From Salinispira sp. (GTDB lineage Bacteria; Spirochaetota; Spirochaetia; DSM-27196; Salinispiraceae), in contig OZ271918.1 in NCBI GenBank assembly GCA_965602015.1, positions 896,001 to 960,000 on the forward strand: a stretch of DNA of 64,000 nucleotides. The letters run 5' to 3'. This document shows positions 18,708-26,748 of the stretch, one piece after another. A program made the translations under genes and the position numbers. Positions within the stretch are counted from its first letter, which is position 1. The number at the start of each line of letters is the position of its first letter. The notes beneath the pieces were generated by a model. It searched no databases and had not been told where the DNA came from. It worked only from the letters and a program-made list of their open reading frames with translations.

Positions 18708-19553
18708 ATGAAGCCGGGTAGAAAAATCAGTGGACTCTCACAACAAACACCGGAAGGTAACCATGAGCTGAGCTCTGACGCAGCCAATCTTCCCTTGCCG
18801 CTGGAGATAGTCGAAAATGACACCGAGCTGTACTGGCTCATGGCCCTGGAGCTCTACGGGGCTCTTGCCAGGCTCACTCCCGGAGAATCCCTGCGCTGCA
18901 TCGCTCCGGTGGGGCCGGTTTTCCAGTACCGACGATTTATCAGGCTTGTTGACGAGCTCCCCATTGATTTGGCCGGGCTTCATCTGTTTTTTATGGACGA
19001 ATACCTTAACGACGACGGAAGTGTTATTAATAGGACCGATCCTCTTTCGTTCCGCGGCTTCATCGATAAGGAACTCGTCGAACCGCTGGGGACCCGGCAC
19101 GGCTTCAATCCCGGGCAGCTGTATTTTCCCGACCCCGCTGATCCGTCTTCCTACGACCGCATCATCGATGAACATGGGGGCATCGATGTCTGCTTCGCCG
19201 GTGTGGGAATCAACGGACATCTGGCATTCAACGAAGCGCCGAGCGCCGCCGATTCGCCTTCCAGAGTGGTGGAGCTGTCCGCCGAAACCCGGGTCACTAA
19301 CGGCCATACCGCCCTGGGGGGCGACTGGGAGAGCATTCCCCGGCTTGCCGTCACTGTCGGGATGAAGAGCATACTCGCGAGCCGAAGGCTTCGAATCTAC
19401 TGTAACCGTCCATGGCAGCGATCGGTGGTGCGTAAGCTGCTGTACGGACCGGTCGGTCAGGCCTTTCCGGCATCATTCGCGCAAAACCACCGGGATGCCC
19501 GGCTCACGGTCACAAGGACTGTTGCCGAATCGCCCCGGCCGGGGCTGAAGTAG
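18708..19553 (+). CDS. NagB-like glucosamine-6-phosphate deaminase/isomerase family protein
   Basis: PVGPVFQY, FFMDEY, PLSFRGF, GVGINGHLAFNE, AVTVGMKSIL, FPASFAQNH; start uncertain. Confidence 0.8.
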   Translation: MKPGRKISGLSQQTPEGNHELSSDAANLPLPLEIVENDTELYWLMALELYGALARLTPGESLRCIAPVGPVFQYRRFIRLVDELPIDLAGLHLFFMDEYLNDDGSVINRTDPLSFRGFIDKELVEPLGTRHGFNPGQLYFPDPADPSSYDRIIDEHGGIDVCFAGVGINGHLAFNEAPSAADSPSRVVELSAETRVTNGHTALGGDWESIPRLAVTVGMKSILASRRLRIYCNRPWQRSVVRKLLYGPVGQAFPASFAQNHRDARLTVTRTVAESPRPGLK

Positions 19554-19560
19554 ATACGCT

Positions 19561-20516
19561 ATGGAACTAATTGATTTTCATGTGCACGGCGGGCCGCCCA
19601 AACGCAGCGAAGAAATCACCCGCTATATAAATGAGAGCGGCATTGCAGCCATGGGCATGCTCTCCCTTCCCTGCCTCCTTTGTATGCCTGTGCCACCCTC
19701 AATGACGAGATCCTGGAAACCGCCCGCCGCGTGGATGCCGCCCGGCCGGGCTTTCCGCTTGTTCTCTTCGGCTCCCTCGATGATGAAAAATTACGGGTAT
19801 CAGGCTATGAACCCGAAGAAATGGTGGACGATTTGAAGTCCCGGGGCTTCGGCGGTGTGAAACTCTGGGAGGGCAAACCCCATCTTGTCAGGCGACTTTC
19901 GATGCTTCCCGATGACAGGCGCTTCGTTTTGCTGTGCCGCCGGGCAGCCCAGCTCTCCATGCCGGTCATTTTCCATATTGCGGATCCCCCGGCATTCTGG
20001 AAAAACGGCGGCCCCTATGCCTCCGACGATTCGCTTCCGGGCTTTTCCGACCTTATTGAAGCCGCAAGCCGCCTGGCATCTTTAGCGCCCCAATGCACCT
20101 TCATTTTTCCCCACATGCTGTTTCTCGCCGGGGACCTTGGAGTTGCCGCCCGCTTCCTTGATGAGCACCCGTCTTGTTACTTCGACCTGGCTCCCGGGAA
20201 CTACCTGTTTGCCGATTTGGCCTTGCGCAGGGAGGAGGCTGCTGCGTTTTTCGCACGGTATTCGAAGCGCATTGTATTCGGCACCGACGGCTTCTGGTTC
20301 GACCCCGGTGACAAGACCCTCGCCGGTGACAGCTACGGTGGAAACCTGCTGCGCTTCACCAGACTTCTGGATTTCCTGTCTACGGACCGGCAATTTGACA
20401 ATCCATTTGGCTTTAGCGTTGAAGCCCACCCCCGCATTACCGGCCTCAAGCTGCCGGAAAGCATCCTTCGTCCCATTCTTTCTGAGAATGCAAAGGTCAT
20501 TATGGAGGCCCTATGA
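19561..20516 (+). pseudogene. Amidohydrolase-family (TIM barrel) metalloenzyme split by a one-base frameshift, possibly a sequencing error
   Basis: N-terminal IDFHVH in the frame of 19561; GVKLW, PVIFHIAD, FPH and IVFGTD in the frame of 19680. One extra C in the run at 19669-19671 joins them (LSLPLPPLYACATLN). Confidence 0.8.
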
Positions 20517-21631
20517 TGCGCTGTGCCGTCGCCGGATTGGGTATCGGACTGGCCCATGTCGCCGGCTATTTTGCATCGCCGGATGCCGAACTCGTCGCCG
20601 TTGCCGACCCGTGGGAACCACGTAGGCAGTCCCTCGGCGGAACCTTCGGGCAGGGGAGCATGAGGGTTCTCGAACCCCTGTTCGACGAGGGGCAAAAATC
20701 TGCCAGTTGGGACGAGCTGGGGATAGCGGCGTATGCGGACATATCGTACCTGGCTGAACGCCGCGATATTGATGTGGTCAGTATCTGTACGCCGGCCTAC
20801 CTGCACGAACAGCATGCCCTCTTGCTTCTGGAGGCGGGGAAACACATCATCCTCGAAAAGCCCATTGCCCTGAGTTTGGAGGCGGCGGAGAATATACGCC
20901 GAGCAGCCCGAAGGCTCGGGCTCACGGTGGCTGTGGCCTATGAGTTTCGGGAGAACCCCGCAATCATCGCGTTGAAAGGCCTCGTTGAAGCGGGGGAGTT
21001 CGGGGATATTAGCGCATGGAGCCTGTATCACACCCGCAGGCCCTTCCGAAGGGATAAATGGAATGGCTGGATTCAAAAGCAGGAGAACTGCGGAGGACTG
21101 CTGACCGAGGAAACATCTCATTGGTTCGATCTTCTCTGCCATGTAAGCGGGGATGCAATAACATCGGTGTACTGCCTGGGATCTGCTTCTATCCATGGGG
21201 ATTTTGATTATGAGGATATCGCGTTCTGTCAGGGGAGGATGCAAAGAGGGGCGGTCTGGCAGTTGTCCCACGCGCTTACCAGCCACGATTTCGCCTTGAC
21301 AATCGAGGTTCACGGTACCCGGAGGATGGCCCGGCTATCGCTCAAAGAGGGAGCGTACAGCAGCTTCGACGGCGGCCAAAGCGATTACTGGGGCATACTC
21401 AGCCACGGCCCTGTGAACGGCGGCCCCGGCGATGCGGAAATTACGCGCTGGTCAAGAGAGGCCGGAGAACCCGAGAGTATCAGGGATAACGTGGTTCGGG
21501 TAGTGCAATGCCTCCGCGGCAACAGACCGCTGCCGGTGGGCATTGAAGACGCCATCAGGGCGCTCCGGATATCCCTGGCGGCCAGGGAAAGCATGAACAG
21601 CGGAACTGTTATCGAGATTCCACTGGCTTGA
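20513..21631 (+). CDS. Gfo/Idh/MocA-family NAD(P)-dependent oxidoreductase
   Basis: GLGIG Rossmann motif, ICTPAYLH, GKHIILEKP, GGLLTEETSHWFD. Confidence 0.9.
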   Translation: MMRCAVAGLGIGLAHVAGYFASPDAELVAVADPWEPRRQSLGGTFGQGSMRVLEPLFDEGQKSASWDELGIAAYADISYLAERRDIDVVSICTPAYLHEQHALLLLEAGKHIILEKPIALSLEAAENIRRAARRLGLTVAVAYEFRENPAIIALKGLVEAGEFGDISAWSLYHTRRPFRRDKWNGWIQKQENCGGLLTEETSHWFDLLCHVSGDAITSVYCLGSASIHGDFDYEDIAFCQGRMQRGAVWQLSHALTSHDFALTIEVHGTRRMARLSLKEGAYSSFDGGQSDYWGILSHGPVNGGPGDAEITRWSREAGEPESIRDNVVRVVQCLRGNRPLPVGIEDAIRALRISLAARESMNSGTVIEIPLA

Positions 21632-22271
21632 TTCTGATATTGTCCCCTGTGATGCCCACGTATGCCCCCCGCTGCGCTGCGGGGGATTCGGGATGGCAGA
21701 GCATCCATTTGTTTTTCATGAAGTACGTCGGGTCATCAGACTGCGGAGTTTCCAGGGGGCGGTTGGTTCCCTCCGGAAGGATGATAATCGTGCAAAAGGG
21801 ATGTTCGCTCACCCGGCACGGGGCAAGATGAAGCGTGTTGCCGTATAATTCGACCAGGCTTCCCGCCGGCAGATAGAACGGGACCGCCATTGAGGAATCC
21901 CACGTGAAATCGGTAATATCCTCGGCTCTGCCGAGAAATAGCACCACATCGCTCACCGCAACGATAACCTCGCTTCCCCGATGATACTCCATACCGTTCA
22001 TTCGGTCGTTCATGCCGAAGCATAATCCCGCCTGCAGGGCAGTGGAATTGCCGTATACCTCCGATCGGATTTTTGAAAATGACTCGAAGTGCTTCAGAAC
22101 TTCCAACTCCCGCTTGTATGCCGGACCTTCCAGATCAACCTCGGTCAGCGCCTGTACAAACATCTCGCTGCAGTCTATCCCACGAACCAAACGGCCGTAT
22201 CTCGCCAAATCCGGAGAATCTGCGGGAAGTATCCGCAGGGGGGCATTTGCCTTGTTTAATTGCTCTAACAT
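21609..22271 (-). CDS. DUF4867-family protein (SftX-like, found in sulfoglycolysis clusters)
   Basis: YGRLV, QAGLCFGMNDRMNGMEYHRGSE, VELYGNTLHLAPC, ILPEGTN, KNKWMLCH, GAYVGITGDNI. Confidence 0.8.
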   Translation of the reverse strand: MLEQLNKANAPLRILPADSPDLARYGRLVRGIDCSEMFVQALTEVDLEGPAYKRELEVLKHFESFSKIRSEVYGNSTALQAGLCFGMNDRMNGMEYHRGSEVIVAVSDVVLFLGRAEDITDFTWDSSMAVPFYLPAGSLVELYGNTLHLAPCRVSEHPFCTIIILPEGTNRPLETPQSDDPTYFMKNKWMLCHPESPAAQRGAYVGITGDNIRIKPVESR

Positions 22272-22298
22272 TTATGCTCCTCTTTTAAGCCGGGGATA

Positions 22299-22455
22299 GG
22301 CGCCGCAGCCAAACCGCTGCCGCCAAACCGGCGCCGCAGCCAAACCGCTGCCGCCAAACCGGCGCCGCAGCCAAACCGGCGCTGCCACCCGACCAGCGCC
22401 GCAGCCAAACCGCCGCAGCTCAAATCGGCGCGGCAGGCCAATCTGCGCCGCAGCC
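22299..22455. repeat. GC-rich intergenic tandem repeat
   Basis: 31-bp unit GGCGCCGCAGCCAAACCGCTGCCGCCAAACC exact at 22299-22329 and 22330-22360, followed by degenerate ~15-17 bp GCCGCAGCCAAACC-like subunits. Confidence 0.85.
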
Positions 22456-24437
22456 TATTGACCTGCCAGCTCGGCAAACAGCCCGGCCCAGCGGGATTCG
22501 AGCCGGTAGAATACCGGCGGCTGGCCGTAGGGGGCATCGATCGGCCGGGTCCCGCCGCGGTATTCCGATCCGCTAAAAACGTGAATCCATCGGTCATCGG
22601 GAAAGTACACCGCTCGCTCTGCGGCTTGCTCCTTCACCACTGGGGCCACGAGAATATCCCGGCCCAACAGATATTGCTGGCTATCTTCGTATGCCCGGTC
22701 TTCTTCGTAGTAGAAAAACAGCGGTCTGATTGCCGGAACTCCCTGCTGGTAGTACTCATCCAACACCCCCAGCAGGTAGGGTTTGAGTCGTTTGTGGATT
22801 CTGCTGAAAAGGGCAGTGAGGGACACCGTCAATCCGTCATGGTCGAACTGAACGTTGTCCTTCGGCCGGTTGCCCTCATGGCTCCTCATGAGCGGAGAGA
22901 AGCAGCTCATCTCAAGCCACCGGATATACAGATCCCTCGATCGTTTAATAGATGCCACCGTGATGTATCCGCCGATATCGGAATGGCTGACTCCCATTCC
23001 GCTGAGTCCGGCGGAGATTTGAGCGCGGATGACCGAACCCATTCCGTAATCATCGCTAAAGTCGCAGTGCTGGTCGCCGTTCCACAACATGCCAGCGTGG
23101 CGGCTGGTTCCGGAATACGCGGCCCGGACAAAGAAAAACACGTCTTCCCCGGCGCCCGATTCGACAAGGGCTTCGCGGTTCATTCTGCTCCAGAGCACGG
23201 GCCACAAATTATGAATCAGCTCCGGGTCGCCGGCATGAAGGATGCAGTCGGTGGGCAGATATTCGCTGAAATCCGCCATCCACCCTGAAAGCCCGTAGCC
23301 GATCATATTGGTTTTGACGATGGCTTTCATCCATTCGAAAGCATCCGGGTTGGTCAGGTCCACCATCCCCACGGGGAAACTGGTAGTTTTTACGATATAC
23401 GGCTGCCGGTGCTGGTTTACTACAAGATACCCCCGCGATTCGGCTTCGGCGTATTGCTCGCCGTCGCACGCCAGGAATGGATTAATGTATCCCAGGAATC
23501 TGATGCCCTCCCGCTTCCATTCGCTAATTTTGTGCCGCAGTCCGGGGTAGAGATTCTCATCGGCCTTCCAGTTCCAGAATAACTGTTTGCCGAAGCCGGT
23601 TATCCGCTCGCCCTGCCAGTCCTGCGCCCATATGCCGCACAGCTCGGCGCCGGCCCGCTTCATCGCCCCAACTTTCTCTTCGCATACCGAGCTGCCTCCC
23701 TGGATTCCGAGAATGATGCCGTCGTGAATCCACTCGGGAAGTCTCGGTTGGATGCCCAGGCGTGTATTCAGCTCTCCAACCAGATCTGTGTAGTTCCGGG
23801 CGAATGTCAACACAATTTCTGCCGGCGCTGTGGAAAAGCTCAAGCTGTGACAATCACCGGCGCGGAAATCCAGGACGGCATGGGCTGAGGTATCCACATG
23901 ACAGGAATAGCGGGCCGTGGATATAAAATCAGGTTGTACCTGATATGTGGAATATTTTTCAAATGGCATCGGTTTTTTTATGCCAAGGAGTTTGAGAAGT
24001 TCCTTCCTGATGATCGACCAGGTGGTGGTGTGTTCGCTGATCCAGTTGATCACCCTGCATCCCCTGAGGTTGAAGCGGGCGAATTGTTCGCCGCAGCCGA
24101 AAATCATCTCATCCTTATCCGCCGCAAATTTCACCCTGACAGCCTGATCCTCGGCTAGGTTTCGAAAGCTGAGGCTGACTGAGTTCCCGGTTTCACGAAT
24201 ATCAATGCTGACTTTCTGGAATGCCAGGCTTATGCATTCGCTCTCGCTGATTTCTCCCCGGCCCGCGGAAAAGAATCGGGTCCGGTCCCGTATGCGGAAA
24301 TGACCCTTCTTCATGGCGAAGGTCTGTCGGCGTTTTCCGACAAAGAACGCCGGATCCCCCGGGGAATGCGAAAGAAGGAGACGGTCATTCCAGCGCAGCT
24401 CGAGGACGTGATTATTTGCCTCCAGCTTTATGCTCAT
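22455..24437 (-). CDS. yihQ: Second GH31 sulfoquinovosidase (YihQ)-like glycosidase
   Basis: LGIQGG, QDWQGERITGFGKQLFWNW, LGYINPF, WMADFSEY, WNGDQ, HSDIGGY, MRSHEGNRP. Confidence 0.85.
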   Translation of the reverse strand: MSIKLEANNHVLELRWNDRLLLSHSPGDPAFFVGKRRQTFAMKKGHFRIRDRTRFFSAGRGEISESECISLAFQKVSIDIRETGNSVSLSFRNLAEDQAVRVKFAADKDEMIFGCGEQFARFNLRGCRVINWISEHTTTWSIIRKELLKLLGIKKPMPFEKYSTYQVQPDFISTARYSCHVDTSAHAVLDFRAGDCHSLSFSTAPAEIVLTFARNYTDLVGELNTRLGIQPRLPEWIHDGIILGIQGGSSVCEEKVGAMKRAGAELCGIWAQDWQGERITGFGKQLFWNWKADENLYPGLRHKISEWKREGIRFLGYINPFLACDGEQYAEAESRGYLVVNQHRQPYIVKTTSFPVGMVDLTNPDAFEWMKAIVKTNMIGYGLSGWMADFSEYLPTDCILHAGDPELIHNLWPVLWSRMNREALVESGAGEDVFFFVRAAYSGTSRHAGMLWNGDQHCDFSDDYGMGSVIRAQISAGLSGMGVSHSDIGGYITVASIKRSRDLYIRWLEMSCFSPLMRSHEGNRPKDNVQFDHDGLTVSLTALFSRIHKRLKPYLLGVLDEYYQQGVPAIRPLFFYYEEDRAYEDSQQYLLGRDILVAPVVKEQAAERAVYFPDDRWIHVFSGSEYRGGTRPIDAPYGQPPVFYRLESRWAGLFAELAGQ

Positions 24438-25879
24438 CAGTTTCCTCCGAGGCTCTGATAGGTCCGTCCGGTGACCAGCTCGCAGGCTCGTATCACCTCG
24501 GGGTCATCGGCGCTGTTTTCCCCCCTTGCCCGGGCTTTAAGTTCCTTCCTCATGAGCTCATGGGTTTCCGGGTCGATTTTGAAGTTTCGTGAAAAGGCGA
24601 TGCCGGCAATGAGCAGCACAAAGGGGAAGAATATGAACATAAAGCGGATTCCGTTGATGGTTTGAACGCTTTGGACTGCTCCCCCCTCGACGAAATTGAA
24701 CAGGCTCAGACCGATGCCCACAACCTGGAGGGCGATGGCCTGGGAGATCTTCCTTATAAAAGTCGTCATTCCCGAGTAAATCCCCTCGCGGCTTCTCCCG
24801 CACATAATCGTATCCGCATCAATGACGAAGGGAAGATTGTTGTACGGGACAAAGATTCCCCCAGCCAGTCCGAATGCGAAGACCGCTCCGGTCGTCATTA
24901 TGACCCATGCAGGAACGCCAGAGGGGAGCAGGGAAAGGCCGAGAATGCCCGCCAGGCAGATAAGAAGGTGGCGACGGAAAACCCTGGCGTTCCCCCATTT
25001 CATACAGCTTCGGGCCACAACAATGATTCCGATAATCTGGACAATCAGCACGGTACCGAGAATGAGATTCTCACCCTGGGCATAGTTGAGATAATAAATG
25101 AGGTAGAACATCAAAAGAGCCATAAAAATATCCATGGAGGCGTAGGCTGACAGGTACATGCCGATATGGCTTCTGAAGGACTTGTTCCTGAAGGTGGAAA
25201 AGAACTCGCCGAAGATTTCCCCAATGGTTTTTGCCTGCCGGCTGCGCTCTTCCTCGCTTACCTCCCGCTCCCAGGTGCCGAGATAGGTGAAGATCCAGGG
25301 GGTGGAAAAGAAGATGCCGATGATCAGGGCGAAGTAAAAATACCCCAGATCATTGCGGCCCACCAGGGAAAAAATGATTCCAGGAACTACTGCGCTTACC
25401 AGCGTGCCGAATTGGGAAAACACCATTCTGATTCCCAGCATCTTCGAACGGGATGTATACTCATGAAGCATCTCTGCCGGCAGCGCGTTGTACGGAACCA
25501 TTACCATGGTAAACACCGTGTTAAAAAGCATATAGCTCAGCAGATAATAGATGAACTGGGCGGCTCCGCTCAGCGGCGGGTTAAGCCAGAGAAGAACAAA
25601 AGAGAGGGTGATGGGCACAATACCCAGAAGAAAAAATACCCTCCGGCGGCCGAAACGGCTCCTGGTTTTATCGGAGATAATGCCCATCATGGGGTCGGTA
25701 ACCGCATCCCAAATCTTGCCGAGAGATACGATCAGGCCGGCCATAACCGGATGTATGCCCACATTGGTGGTGAGGAAGAGCAAAAAGTACGTCCCGATGA
25801 TGATAAATGCTCCCCCGCCGTAGATGTCCCCTGCGCCGTAGGCAAGCATGTTCCTGAGTTTTACTTCTCGTTCGCTCAT
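24437..25879 (-). CDS. GPH-family (MelB/YihO-like) glycoside:cation symporter
   Basis: YGAGD, KIWDAVTDPMMGIISDKTRSRFGRRR, VPYNAL, REGIYSG. Confidence 0.9.
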   Translation of the reverse strand: MSEREVKLRNMLAYGAGDIYGGGAFIIIGTYFLLFLTTNVGIHPVMAGLIVSLGKIWDAVTDPMMGIISDKTRSRFGRRRVFFLLGIVPITLSFVLLWLNPPLSGAAQFIYYLLSYMLFNTVFTMVMVPYNALPAEMLHEYTSRSKMLGIRMVFSQFGTLVSAVVPGIIFSLVGRNDLGYFYFALIIGIFFSTPWIFTYLGTWEREVSEEERSRQAKTIGEIFGEFFSTFRNKSFRSHIGMYLSAYASMDIFMALLMFYLIYYLNYAQGENLILGTVLIVQIIGIIVVARSCMKWGNARVFRRHLLICLAGILGLSLLPSGVPAWVIMTTGAVFAFGLAGGIFVPYNNLPFVIDADTIMCGRSREGIYSGMTTFIRKISQAIALQVVGIGLSLFNFVEGGAVQSVQTINGIRFMFIFFPFVLLIAGIAFSRNFKIDPETHELMRKELKARARGENSADDPEVIRACELVTGRTYQSLGGN

Positions 25880-25895
25880 CAGCAGTCCACCCTCT

Positions 25896-25922
25896 TATTA
25901 TTACTTACGGTAAGTAATAATA
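25896..25922. promoter_or_regulatory. Putative ROK operator, palindrome TATTATTACTTAC-G-GTAAGTAATAATA
   Basis: Perfect 13-bp arms containing the TTACTTA-N3-TAAGTAA core, just upstream of the symporter RBS. Confidence 0.75.
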
Positions 25923-25973
25923 GATCCGAAAGAGGCCGGCGTCAAACGCTTCCTTTGCTATGTTGATAATACG

Positions 25974-26630
25974 CTATGTTGAACGCACGCGCAGCTTCCC
26001 GGCCACCGAAAAACTGATCGCCGTTTCGCCGTTGTCGCTTCGAATGGTTAAGGTTTCCGCCGAGGGGTTGTGCTCCATAATCTCGATGCGGGCCCCGGGA
26101 ACCAGGCCGGTCTGTGTCAGGTAATTCAGAAATCCCGGATCGTCATGGGCCACCTGAACGACTTCGTAAAATTTTCCATGCCCCGCTTCCGACAGGGGAA
26201 TGGTACTCGACTCCGCGAAGCTGCCGTCGGCGGCGGGTATGGGGTCGCCATGGGGATCGGTCGTCGGATGACCGAGCATTTCGTCGATCCGGTTGAGCAG
26301 CCGGGTGCTGATGGCGTGTTCAAGGATTTCCGCCTCCTCATGTACTTCAGACCAGTCGAGCCCGATAATTTCCACTAAAAACAGTTCGATGAGACGATGC
26401 CTTCGCACCACAGCCAGGGCCGCATCCTTGCCCTTCTCCGTTAGAAGCACTCCGACCCGGGGGCGATACTCCACAAGCCCGTCATCTGCCAGGCTTTTCA
26501 TCATGGTGGTGACCGTCCCCGGCGTGACCCCTAACGATTGAGCAAGGTCTCCAAGAGACACCAGATCATCCCCGGTCGATTCGGAAAACCCGTAAATCTT
26601 TTTCAAATAATTCTCGGTGGTGCTGCTCAT
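25974..26630 (-). CDS. troR: DtxR/MntR/TroR-family metal-dependent repressor with C-terminal FeoA-like domain
   Basis: TENYLKKIY, HTH, RRHRLIELFL, HEEAEILEH, DPHGDPIP. Confidence 0.9.
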   Translation of the reverse strand: MSSTTENYLKKIYGFSESTGDDLVSLGDLAQSLGVTPGTVTTMMKSLADDGLVEYRPRVGVLLTEKGKDAALAVVRRHRLIELFLVEIIGLDWSEVHEEAEILEHAISTRLLNRIDEMLGHPTTDPHGDPIPAADGSFAESSTIPLSEAGHGKFYEVVQVAHDDPGFLNYLTQTGLVPGARIEIMEHNPSAETLTIRSDNGETAISFSVAGKLRVRST

Positions 26631-26680
26631 GCTTCAATAGTATACGAGCGGTGGGAGATGGTCAAACTCCTGACTTTTTA

Positions 26681-26734
26681 TTGACATTATAGATTGTTTG
26701 AATTACATTGTGTAATACTTTGATCAATCAAAGT
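26681..26734 (+). promoter_or_regulatory. tro promoter (TTGACA-17bp-TACATT) with palindromic operator ACTTTGAT-CA-ATCAAAGT
   Basis: -35 at 26681-26686, -10 at 26704-26709; perfect 8-bp inverted repeat at 26717-26734; second IR ATTACA-TTG-TGTAAT at 26702-26716. Confidence 0.7.
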
Positions 26735-26748
26735 GTAAGGAGAAGAAT

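Noticed and set aside
20333..21313. Long antisense ORFs (also 11686-12300, 22458-23288, 25166-25966, 28745-29599, 31388-32458, 32552-33355, 46235-46969)
   Set aside because: Shadows of well-supported genes in GC-rich DNA, with no recognisable motifs.
22299..22455. CRISPR array
   Set aside because: Units are directly adjacent with no unique spacers, and there are no cas genes.
22265..22597. 110-aa ORF across the repeat
   Set aside because: Overlaps the glycosidase out of frame and is a low-complexity product of the repeat.
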